The translations under genes were made by a program, and so were the position numbers. A DNA stretch of 41,971 nucleotides, the filler included, from an uncultured virus (IMG/VR IMGVR_UViG_2061766007_004303) (lineage: Duplodnaviria > Heunggongvirae > Uroviricota > Caudoviricetes). It is 3 parts of one record of this genome, joined end to end, with 100 filler letters (N's around TTAATTAATTAA, not from the genome) between each part and the next. Parts side by side here need not be neighbours in the genome. Positions count along the whole stretch, not along the records: positions 1 to 12,177 come from IMGVR_UViG_2061766007_004303; positions 12,278 to 25,575 come from IMGVR_UViG_2061766007_004303; 1 more part is not named here. One strand, given 5' to 3'. The first letter of the stretch is position 1. The number at the start of each line of letters is the position of its first letter. The notes below the pieces were generated by a model. That model did not search any database and was not told where the DNA came from. It was given only the letters and a program-made list of their open reading frames with translations. Of this stretch, positions 9,365 through 17,925 are shown one piece after another.

Positions 9365-9688
9365 TATTTCCCGGAATTAAACTTGACTTTTCGAAAAAGG
9401 AAGAATGAATCTTTCTTCGATAAATCTTCCGAATCCTGCTTGATTTATCCAAAACTGCGGAATTAATAATTCTTCTGACTTTCTCCGCTTTTTGACTTGA
9501 TATTTCTCTTTTACCTCATTCTGGGTATGGGAAAACGTTTCTTTTATTTTATCGAAATAAAAATGCTCTTTCTTCATAAAATTACTGGCTATTAACGAAA
9601 TCCACGCTTAATTAATAAGCGTAGGGCGGAAGGGAAACCAACCGCAGAGAACCTCAAAAAAAACAAACGCCAACGAACGGAGGCAAAC
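9365..9688 (+). repeat. Regulatory module, copy C
   Basis: Motif halves 9583/9606; leader and RBS similar to copies A and B. Confidence 0.85.
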
Positions 9689-10105
9689 ATGAAGCAAGAA
9701 ACCAAGAACAAAGTGAACGCGGCCGCGTGGCTCGACATGACCTACCTCGAAGGAATCATGAATAGCCTGAAGATGAACATCTCAGACGGATTCTTCGATG
9801 ATGTCGCGGAAATCTTCAGCAGAGCCCGTGACCTGAACGAATCGCAGGCATGGGAGTTCTTCAACGAAACAATGCGAATCGTGTCGGACATCGCGACGAA
9901 AAAGCTCGCGGAGAAAATCGAGTTCAGATACCTCAAACATACCGATGGTGAAACTGTTGATGGGCTGAAAGAGTGGGCAGAAAACGTGGCCTTCTACTTC
10001 GTGAACGGGATGGACGATGTGCGTCCGACAGCAGACACTCTTGATGCAACCATCGTCGAACAGGTCTACAAGGAAACCGAAGAACTTCTCGGGTTCACAG
10101 AATAA
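9689..10105 (+). CDS. Hypothetical acidic cassette cargo protein
   Basis: GGAGG RBS; followed by a GCGA-loop hairpin at 10116-10135. Confidence 0.8.
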   Translation: MKQETKNKVNAAAWLDMTYLEGIMNSLKMNISDGFFDDVAEIFSRARDLNESQAWEFFNETMRIVSDIATKKLAEKIEFRYLKHTDGETVDGLKEWAENVAFYFVNGMDDVRPTADTLDATIVEQVYKETEELLGFTE

Positions 10106-10156
10106 AACAGTCTCGGCCCCGCCGCGAGGCGGGGCATCCCCATCGGAGCACTGAAT

Positions 10157-10447
10157 ATGAAACAGAAAATCATCAAGTACGAAAAACGGACATTCCGACG
10201 TGTGACCAAGACCGAAGCCTTGACTGCCTACATGGCAGGTCGGGACGTTATCATCTGCCCGTGCAGACTGAATCCGGAAAAAACCTGGAAATATCAGGTT
10301 TGGAACCGGGAGTGGCGCAAAGAGTTTGTGATAGATGAAATCGGCATCAGAAACGATTTCCTCGGTCTCGTGGACTCGTTTGCATATTACGTTTGCGGCG
10401 CAAAGGCCGGACTTTATATGTCATACTACATAGAAGTAACCGAGTAA
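10157..10447 (+). CDS. Hypothetical phage-type protein
   Basis: GGAG RBS; terminator GCCCGTC...GGCGGGCTTTTT follows. Confidence 0.75.
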   Translation: MKQKIIKYEKRTFRRVTKTEALTAYMAGRDVIICPCRLNPEKTWKYQVWNREWRKEFVIDEIGIRNDFLGLVDSFAYYVCGAKAGLYMSYYIEVTE

Positions 10448-10458
10448 TTTCGATATGC

Positions 10459-11005
10459 GCCCGTCGGCAATGGCGGGCTTTTTCCGCTCAATTTGGGCTA
10501 TGTGTCGCATGACGCTGGCTTTCGACCTATTAATAAATGCGACCCCCTATGCAGAATCGGACAAATCGGCATAACTGGCCGTTATTTGGCAAAATCGAAA
10601 TTGAAGAAGACAGAGCAAAGCAGGATTATTCTTTTCCGATATTTCTCGGAATTATTCCGAAAAAAGATTGGTTTTTTTGAAAAAAGCATATTCGAAGAAT
10701 CTTTGTTTTTTCTTCTGAAAAGCACTGGATTTATTCAAAACTGAGTTACAGAATCTTTTTCCGTTATTTCTGTGCTTTTCGACTTGACTTCCGCTTGATT
10801 CATGCTCGGAAGAATAAATCGTTTTTCTTTGCTTTTCGACTTGACTTATTCTTTGTTCATGCTCCGACTATCTTTCGTCACTGATTAGATACTTTCCATT
10901 TCCCTCAAACTGAACAGGCATAAAAAAGCGATAAAAACCGCTTTTATTCGTTAATCGACTGGCTATTAACGAATTATGCGCTTAATTAAGTAATGTCGAG
11001 CGGGC
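10459..11005 (+). repeat. Post-terminator module copy B followed by a regulatory module with 57-bp tandem motif copies
   Basis: Motif halves 10781/10804, 10838/10861 and terminal 10957/10980. Confidence 0.85.
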
Positions 11006-11015
11006 NNNNNNNNNN

Positions 11016-12177
11016 TGGTACGGTCAGCTGCACGTACAGCTACTCCCTGCCGACTGCCAGCTCGTCCGTCCTCGGCGGCGTCAAGATCGGAACGAACATC
11101 AGCATCAGTTCCGGCGTCATCAGCGTCGCCAACGGTAGCACCTCGGCCAAGGGCGTTGTTCAGCTCGCTACCGTTGCCGAAGCAACTGCTGGCTCCATTG
11201 AGACGAAAGCCGTCACCCCGAAAGGGCTGAAGACTGAACTCGATAAGAAAGCCAATACGAGCCACACGCATGCCATCTCTGACGTCACCGACCTACAGGA
11301 TGCGCTGGACGGTAAAGCCGGAAGCAGCCACAGCCACGAAATCTCGGATGTCTCCGGCCTGCAGAGCGCTCTCGATGGCAAGCAGGGTACTCTGACCCCT
11401 GGCACGAATATCAGCATCACGAACGGAACCGTCAGCTGCACCTATTCGTATTCTCTGCCNNNNNNNNNNGACCGTCGCCGAAGCAACTACCGGCTCCATT
11501 GAGACGAAAGCCGTCACCCCGAAGGGACTGAAGACCGAGCTCGACAAAAAGGCGAACACCTCGCACACCCATGCGATTTCGGATGTCACCGACCTGCAGG
11601 ATGCACTGGATGGGAAAGCCGGGGCCAGCCACAGCCACGAAATCTCGGACGTCACCGGCCTGCAGACTGCTCTCGATGGCAAGCAGGGTACTCTGACGGC
11701 TGGCACGAATATCAGCATCTCGAACGGAACCGTCAGCTGCACCTATTCGTATTCTCTGCCTGCGGCCACCACCTCGGCACGAGGTGGCGTCGTGGTCAGC
11801 ACCACAGCCTCCAACGGTGTCGCCCTCGCGATCAGCTCCGGTACTGTCAGCGTGGCCGCCACTGCGGCATCCACCACGGCAGTCGGTACGGTCCGCCTCG
11901 CCACAACCACGGAAGCAACCACCGGAACGAGCGAAGCGGTCGCGGTTACCCCGAAGGGGCTGAAGACCGAGCTCGACAAAAAGGCGAACAGCTCCCACAC
12001 GCACAACTACCAGGCCGTGCTTACGGCAGGAAACGGCATCGCGATTTCGAGCAACGTGATTTCCGCTGACATCACCACCACGGCTTCGAATGGTGTTGCC
12101 CTCGCGTGGGATGGATCGACCGACAACGCGAAGAAGATCAAGGTCACGGCAACCGCCGCGACTGCTTCTGCTCGTGG
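11016..12177 (+). CDS. Phage tail-fibre protein fragments (two overlapping variant pieces)
   Basis: Tail repeats HTHAISDVTDLQDALDGKA and HSHEISDVSGLQSALDGK, fibre repeats KGVVQLAT and AVTPKGLK, and LPTASSSVLGGVKIGTNISI. The second piece reads from 11471. Confidence 0.8.
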
Positions 12178-12221
12178 NNNNNNNNNNNNNNNNNNNNNNN
12201 NNNNNNNNNNNNNNNNNNNNN

Positions 12222-12233
12222 TTAATTAATTAA
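12222..12233. other. Artificial contig-joining linker
   Basis: TTAATTAATTAA (stops in all six frames) isolated between long N runs. Confidence 0.9.
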
Positions 12234-12278
12234 NNNNNNNNNNNNNNNNNNNNNNNNNNNNNNNNNNNNNNNNNNNNA

Positions 12279-12581
12279 CAGGCCGCCGCCGAAGTCAGCA
12301 TCGGTGGCTGGGTCAAGTGGGGATACAGCGATGGCGAGTTCATCGATATGTTCCGCTGGCTCAGAAGCAAGGCCAACATCAAAAAGTTCCGCATGGCATA
12401 CGAGGAGCTTATGACCGACCAGTACGGAGAATACGAACTCCACGCGGACGGCGTGATGTGGAACAACTTCCTCGAAGAAAAAGATTTCCCGACCGAGACG
12501 GAGGACTTCGATGCCTACTGCGAAAAGGTCGAAGAAGCCTTCCGCACGAAACCCACCACCAGATTCATCGAGGTCGACTGA
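12279..12581 (+). CDS. Hypothetical acidic protein, 5'-partial
   Basis: Open frame from the gap to TGA 12581, followed by a hairpin. Confidence 0.65.
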   Translation, partial: QAAAEVSIGGWVKWGYSDGEFIDMFRWLRSKANIKKFRMAYEELMTDQYGEYELHADGVMWNNFLEEKDFPTETEDFDAYCEKVEEAFRTKPTTRFIEVD

Positions 12582-12632
12582 ACAGAAAACCAGACCCGGC
12601 GCCAAATGCGCCGGGTAATCAGGAGATGCAAT

Positions 12633-12794
12633 ATGGAATACGAAATTGAACAAATCAACGGAGACAACTGGAGGCCGGGGATGCCGAAGGCCGGATTCCT
12701 CGTCCGATACGGGATCAACGAATTTGGCTGGATGTACTGCCAGACTTTCGCCACACTGGAGGAGGCCGAGGCCTTCGCCGAGGCCATCAAATAA
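12633..12794 (+). CDS. Small hypothetical protein (F.TLEEAEAF motif)
   Basis: AGGAG RBS, MEYEIEQ...; hairpin GGGGAGC-TCCG-GCTCCCC follows. Confidence 0.65.
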   Translation: MEYEIEQINGDNWRPGMPKAGFLVRYGINEFGWMYCQTFATLEEAEAFAEAIK

Positions 12795-13096
12795 TGCCGG
12801 GGAGCTCCGGCTCCCCAATTTTCTCACATGATGCCTTTTCCGATAAGTCAAGTTCAATTTCGAAGAAATCCGAATCTTTTCCGCAGGTTCGTCGGCAGGT
12901 CTCTTCGCCTCCGTCAGGGCTTCCTGTCGCGAGCCTGCGGATTTCATTTCACCATGCAGCCTATGTCAAATTATGCCACACGCCGCAGAGTTATGCCGGA
13001 ACGTGCGTTCATGCGGACAGGGTCGCATGTTTCAAATCGAACCGACTATTCAACCGCTCAAATATCGCGGAACAACCCCCAAATTGGAGAAAAAAC

Positions 13097-13441
13097 ATGA
13101 AAGCTTTATTCATCAATGCCAGTGAACATAGTGTAGCCGCCATTGAAATCGAAAACGATTTGCATGCCATGTACGACAAAATCGGATGCCGCCTCGTGGA
13201 GTTAGTGGAGTACCGAGACGAGCTCATCGTCTGTGACGAAGAATCCCGGCTGAAGCAATGGGAACATGGATTTGCACTTGGTGACTGGCGTATCTGCGGA
13301 AACGCACTCATCCTCGGTGAGGATGAAGAAGGTGACTTCGCGGCCACGAAGCTGACCGCAGAAGACGTTACCAAAGAAATCCGCTTCTTCGGCACAGAAG
13401 AAAAAATGCCGGAACCGGAGATTCACGTAATTATGTTCTGA
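13097..13441 (+). CDS. DUF3846-like protein
   Basis: MKALFI...L..MYDKIGC.LVE...IVCDEE.RLK...ICGNALILG.DEEGDF; GGAG RBS. Confidence 0.75.
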   Translation: MKALFINASEHSVAAIEIENDLHAMYDKIGCRLVELVEYRDELIVCDEESRLKQWEHGFALGDWRICGNALILGEDEEGDFAATKLTAEDVTKEIRFFGTEEKMPEPEIHVIMF

Positions 13442-13467
13442 AAAAGATCGAAGAATCTTCTGATTTC

Positions 13468-13626
13468 GACTGGAAATATTCTAAAGCCATGCTCGCGAAT
13501 AAAAGATTGAATTAAGTTCGATTTAGCCTCGGTTTCGACTGGCTATTAACCAGTTCCATGCTTTATTAAAGATGTGGGCGGGAGAACCGCCACTAAATCG
13601 ACAACCAACCAAACGGAGAAACCAAG
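13468..13626 (+). promoter_or_regulatory. Cassette regulatory module
   Basis: GACTGG/GCTC at 13468/13491; terminal GACTGG/GCTTTATTAA at 13537/13560; GGCGG-GAGAA-CCGCC hairpin. Confidence 0.75.
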
Positions 13627-14286
13627 ATGAACGATGACACGAACACCAAAACCTACCGCCTGCTCAATACTCGTTGCATGGTGAAAAACAAAAACAAGGA
13701 ATATGTGGTCGGATACGAGAACTTGATGAAGCTCGCAAAGAAAGTGGGATACACAGATGTCTGCAAAGTGCAGTCACAGGGCAACGGTTTGACTGGCTAT
13801 CTGGGAACACGTCGCTTTCAGAGAAACTTCGAAGGATGCTTTGCGGAAGAAATCACTGAAGAAGAAGCCAAATCACTCAAAATCATGAATGAAGAACCTC
13901 AATCCAGGAAGTGCTCCGAAGAGCAAGTCAGAATTGCCGCCATCAAGGAATTCGACGCAATCCGCGATGCGGGAAAGGACTGCAATCTGGACAGCGGAGT
14001 GTACAAAGCATACAACGCCTGCGAGGATACCGAATATTTGCAGTACCGAATCGGAGATACCGAAATCGTCATGGAAGACTTCTGCTGGGAGGACGAGCGC
14101 AAAAAATTCATCAAAACCCTGCGAAAGCTCGGCGTGAAATCGATGGTCGTCACAACGTCCTCCATTGATGAAATGCACGAGTTCACGGAGCTTGGGTGCA
14201 GGCTCATTGGTCTCTGCAAAATCTCTCATTGGGACTGCTTCAGCAAACAAACTGTTGAGAAAAAGGGCATCCGATTCGAACTGTAA
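13627..14286 (+). CDS. Protein with a C-terminal DUF7698-like domain
   Basis: EDFCWEDERKKFIKTLRKLGVKSMVVT...ELGCRLIGLCKI...KGIRFEL. Confidence 0.75.
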   Translation: MNDDTNTKTYRLLNTRCMVKNKNKEYVVGYENLMKLAKKVGYTDVCKVQSQGNGLTGYLGTRRFQRNFEGCFAEEITEEEAKSLKIMNEEPQSRKCSEEQVRIAAIKEFDAIRDAGKDCNLDSGVYKAYNACEDTEYLQYRIGDTEIVMEDFCWEDERKKFIKTLRKLGVKSMVVTTSSIDEMHEFTELGCRLIGLCKISHWDCFSKQTVEKKGIRFEL

Positions 14287-14341
14287 CGTCAACCCAAGCG
14301 ACGGGGTGCGAGCCCCGTCGCAAAACATAAAGGAGCAAAAA

Positions 14342-14569
14342 ATGGACAGATTCTTTACACAGAAAACGTGCGACCGCTGCGGAGCTGAACTCAAGGTGAG
14401 GCAGATGTCCCGCTTCAACACAGATGTTTTGTGCCCGACCTGCATTGAGGAGGAGAGGCAGCATCCGGACTACCAGAAGGCGGCTGAAGCCGAGCTCGCC
14501 GCTGTTCGCCGTGGCGACAGAGATTTCCCCGGTATTGGCTGGCCGGGGAAGGATGGACGGGTCAAATGA
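14342..14569 (+). CDS. Small Zn-finger protein of GGCT/amidoligase-type phage clusters
   Basis: MDRFFTQKTCDRCG...MSRFNTDVLCPTC..EE..HPDY..A..AE....RRGD..F.GIG; AAGGAG RBS. Confidence 0.8.
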   Translation: MDRFFTQKTCDRCGAELKVRQMSRFNTDVLCPTCIEEERQHPDYQKAAEAELAAVRRGDRDFPGIGWPGKDGRVK

Positions 14570-14742
14570 AAGTGCGCGTCTGCCATAGATGCGGTACGGT
14601 CGTAAAAAAGTCGTTCGTGAAGGGCTACCCGTGGTTCTGCCCGAAACACTATGAAGACCTGTACGGAATTGAAACCGATATCATCGAGGTTCCAGACCGG
14701 AAGCCTCGGCGAAAGAAAAACAAATCAAGGAGAAACGCATGA
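14566..14742 (+). CDS. Small Zn-ribbon protein (C..C...YPWFCP.H.EDL)
   Basis: ATGA overlaps at both ends; paralogs at 16747 and 18443; below the ORF-track cutoff. Confidence 0.75.
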   Translation: MKVRVCHRCGTVVKKSFVKGYPWFCPKHYEDLYGIETDIIEVPDRKPRRKKNKSRRNA

Positions 14743-14813
14743 GCACAACCGCAGGAATCGGGCTGACGATGCACGATGGAACAATTATCCTTATTTCGTG
14801 TTCATGGAAATAA
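14739..14813 (+). pseudogene. Truncated 5' end of an MST.A.IGMTMPDGTI family gene
   Basis: MSTTAGIGLTMHDGTI matches the starts of 17153 and 18616, then runs without a gap into a regulatory module. Confidence 0.7.
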
Positions 14814-14943
14814 GTTCGATTTAAGTTCGATTGTTCTCGAAAAACGACTGGCTATTCGTGAATAGTACGCTTAATTAATAAGCGAGCGCGGGAAAGACGA
14901 CAGTACCGCAAAGAACAAGAAACCGAACAGAAGGAAACGGGAA
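14811..14943 (+). promoter_or_regulatory. Cassette regulatory module
   Basis: GACTGG 14846 and GCTTAATTAA 14869; nearly identical to 18272-18333. Confidence 0.75.
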
Positions 14944-14979
14944 ATGGAAAAACCAAGAATCGCCGCCCTNNNNNNNNNN

Positions 14980-15316
14980 TATCTTCATCGACGCGAAAAA
15001 CGAAACCGTGAGCATGATCGAGGTCGAAAACAGTCGTCAGGCCATATACGATAAAATCGGCTGCCGGCTTATCCAGATAGTTCCCTTTGCCGGGGAAAAT
15101 ATCGTCTGCGATGAGGAAGGTCGCCTCAAGACGTGGACAGATGGTTTTCAACTTGGCTCATGGCGCATCGTCGGCAACGCGCTCATCGTCGGCGATACCG
15201 AAGACGGAGATTTTGCCGACACGAAACTGTCCATGGACGAGATCATGGAACAGATACGGTTCTTCGACAAGGACGAACCGCTTCCGCCGCCGAGATTCCG
15301 CGTGATCGGGCTGTAA
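14980..15316 (+). CDS. DUF3846-like protein, 5'-partial
   Basis: Paralog of 13097-13441 (YDKIGCRL...IVCDEEGRLK...GNALIVGD.EDGDF). Confidence 0.75.
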
Positions 15317-15414
15317 GAACTTTATCCAAGAAACCTCATCTTATTCTCCGAAAGTGACTTGCGTTAATCAGAAGCCATGCTTAATTAATGTCAGCCACAA
15401 CAGAAAGGAGAAAC

Positions 15415-16046
15415 ATGATTCAACCCATCTTCTACTTCGCCTACGGGTCAAACATGAACCCGAAACGAATGCAAAAACGTTGTCCGGGGGCAGTGCCGCT
15501 CGGCATGGCCAAACTGCCGAACTACCATTTGTCCGAACGTCTCTATGCTGACATCGACTTCAAGGAAGGGTTCTGCGTATATGGCGTTCTCTACTGCATC
15601 TGGGACAAACATATTGAAACGCTGGACTTCTTCGAGGGCTACCCTCGAATCTACCGCAGAATGTGGCTTGCGGTCGAATACCAGAACGAAATCGTTCTTG
15701 CCATGACTTACGAAATGACAGCCGAAACAAAACGGATTCGCGAAGGGCAGCGTTATACAAAAAAATACCGCAGAATCTGCTCAAGGGGCGCAACATTCTT
15801 CAATGTCCCGAATTCGTTTGCCATACGAAAAAAACATCCTGAACTTCAATACCGAAAGGGAATCAGCATGAAAACAGTCAAACTCATCACCTACGGCACA
15901 CTCATGACCGGAGAATGCAACCATCGCTTCTGCGCAAATGCCGTCAACATCACGCCCTGCACAATTACGGGGACGCTCTACGACACTGGCTGGGGCTTCC
16001 CGGCATTCGAACAGACCGGAGACACGGTCGTCCATGCCGAACTCAT
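15415..16046 (+). CDS. Gamma-glutamylcyclotransferase-fold protein(s), two domains in one frame, 3'-partial
   Basis: YFAYGSNM...LDFFEGYP..Y.R (GGCT), then from Met 15868 ITYGTLM.GE.NH...GTLYDTGWGFPA (AIG2-like); preceded by motif halves 15356/15379. Confidence 0.85.
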
Positions 16047-16160
16047 NNNNNNNNNNNNNNNNNNNNNNNNNNNNNNNNNNNNNNNNNNNNNNNNNNNNNN
16101 NNNNNNNNNNNNNNNNNNNNNNNNNNNNNNNNNNNNNNNNNNNNNNNNNNNNNNNNNCCA

Positions 16161-16502
16161 ATGAGAGCCATCAAAATCGATCCCGCAAACAGAACCATCA
16201 AGGAAATCGAGCTCGCCGTCGACCCGAACCGGAGCTTGGGGGAGCTCCGGTCGATCATCGGGGCTGAGGAACTTGAACTCATCCCGCTCGACAAAAGCTT
16301 CAACCTGCTTGCCGACCTTCACGGGGAACAGAAGCCCTGCTTCGGCTTCTGCGATCTCGACGAGCCCGTGGTTCACGGCGTGGCCGTCATCCTCGGCGGC
16401 AGTCCGCGTCGCCTCAGGATGCTTCACGAGAACAAAGCCAGTTTCGACATGATCGTTGACTGGCGCAACGAACAGAATGGAACAATAAATGCCGAATCGT
16501 AA
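16161..16502 (+). CDS. DUF3846-like protein (divergent)
   Basis: MRAIKIDPANRTIKEIEL...L.ELRSIIGAE.LE...HGVAVILG. Confidence 0.6.
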   Translation: MRAIKIDPANRTIKEIELAVDPNRSLGELRSIIGAEELELIPLDKSFNLLADLHGEQKPCFGFCDLDEPVVHGVAVILGGSPRRLRMLHENKASFDMIVDWRNEQNGTINAES

Positions 16503-16746
16503 AGCCATCGTGACTGCACGGAAGGTTCAGCTCGCCTTCCTCATCAANNNNNNNNNNTGACACCGAGGCCGTACAAGCCGGAAAACTCTATGCTGGGCGT
16601 CCAATCACCAGTCGTGAGCAGGCGGATGCCGAATTCTTCGCCCACCTCCCGGACAACCAACTTCATGCCTTCCTGTACATCAAGCAGACCAGGAAGATTT
16701 GCATCCACGTCGAAGCAGTTGAACTTAACTCTCGGAGAAAACGCAA

Positions 16747-16910
16747 ATGAAAATCAGAGTCTGCCATCGATGCAGAACGCGCGTGAAGAAATCGTTTGTG
16801 GTGGGCTATCCGTGGTTCTGCCCGGAACACTACGAAGATTTGTTCGAATTCGAAACCGAGGTCATCGAGGTTCCTGACCGGAAGCCTCGCCGCAAGAAGC
16901 ACAAAGCAAG
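16747..16910 (+). CDS. Small Zn-ribbon protein, 3'-partial
   Basis: VCHRC...GYPWFCPEHYEDL; variant of 18443-18619. Confidence 0.7.
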
Positions 16911-16920
16911 NNNNNNNNNN

Positions 16921-17077
16921 GGCGATGGTGATTACCAACACCTCCAGCAGCCTCTTCGATGACCTGCACGGGTACGCAGAACTCGGATGCAAACTCATCG
17001 GGCTCTGCAAAATCGCACGATGGGATCGCTACGACAAACAGGAAGTCGAGGTCAAGGGAATCCGGTTCGAACTGTAA
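16921..17077 (+). CDS. DUF7698-like C-terminal fragment
   Basis: MVITNTSSSLFDDLHGYAELGCKLIGLCKI...KGIRFEL. Confidence 0.7.
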
Positions 17078-17152
17078 AAGAAATCACCAAGCCGTCGCCT
17101 TCGGGCGGCGGCAACCTCAAATAAAAACCACCAAACGAAATCGAGGCAAAAC

Positions 17153-17593
17153 ATGAGCACAAGTGCAGGTATCGGAATGACAATGCCGGACGGAACAATC
17201 AAGGCTGTCTACCTCCATGGGAGCGGCTACATTGTCGCAGGGGCAGGAGAAACCCTTGCAGAACACTACACTGAACGTGAAAAAGTCGAAAAGCTTATCA
17301 AGCTTGGCTTCCTGAGCAGACTTGAAGAGAAGGTCGACCCTGACCCGGCATTCCCGCATTCGTGGGCACATCCGCAGGAGAATGTAACGGTTGCCTACTA
17401 CAGAGACCGCCACGACCGACCTCTTATGGTTAAAAACTTCAAAGACCGCGGGGAATTCGGAGATGAAGGTGCAGGTCGCTTATCTGCAAGTTACCTGTAC
17501 CTCTTCGAAAACGGACGGTGGCTGGTCAGCCGTCCATACAAAAACCGGGGACTTTGGATGGAAATAAAAGACGCGATTGAAGAGGGGGACTAA
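17153..17593 (+). CDS. Phage-type hypothetical protein (MST...IG....DG.IKAVYLH..GY family)
   Basis: GAGG RBS; conserved AYYRDR and YLYLFENGRW; flanked by twin hairpins. Confidence 0.85.
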   Translation: MSTSAGIGMTMPDGTIKAVYLHGSGYIVAGAGETLAEHYTEREKVEKLIKLGFLSRLEEKVDPDPAFPHSWAHPQENVTVAYYRDRHDRPLMVKNFKDRGEFGDEGAGRLSASYLYLFENGRWLVSRPYKNRGLWMEIKDAIEEGD

Positions 17594-17676
17594 CCTCAAA
17601 TCGAGGCCGTCGCCGAAAGGCGGCGGCTGGCTTTTCAATAAAAGATATTTAAACGGCGGAATTGGAGACATCCACA

Positions 17677-17925
17677 ATGAAACTTATTTATGAAAATCTT
17701 TACGATTTCAAGCCATTTTATGGGATAGACAATTGGGATCGGATTGTTGAGGCGGGAAAAATCGATGCGTTTGACGATTATCTTGAAAACACATACCCAG
17801 ATGGAATCACCGCCACAGGGCTGGATGAACTTCTATGGAACGACAACGAAATGGAGGTAATATTCAAGGAAATCGGAATCGAAACCTCTGAGCATAAAAA
17901 AAAGAGACAGAGAATTCGCAGCTAA
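17677..17925 (+). CDS. Small phage-type protein (YPDGIT.T.L.ELLW family)
   Basis: GGAG RBS, ATG 17677; a variant starts at 19085. Confidence 0.7.
   Translation: MKLIYENLYDFKPFYGIDNWDRIVEAGKIDAFDDYLENTYPDGITATGLDELLWNDNEMEVIFKEIGIETSEHKKKRQRIRS

Noticed and set aside
3191..11005. Classical integron (IntI plus attC cassettes)
   Set aside because: The recombinase lacks an evident IntI-specific insertion and is paired with an IS91 transposase. The repeats lie upstream of genes, include the RBS, and lack the RYYYAAC...GTTRRRY attC structure.
2785..15388. The cassette TTAATTAA boxes as artificial linkers
   Set aside because: They sit in continuous conserved sequence at a fixed distance from GACTGG and show natural variants (GCTTTATTAA at 13560), unlike the N-flanked 12-mer linkers.
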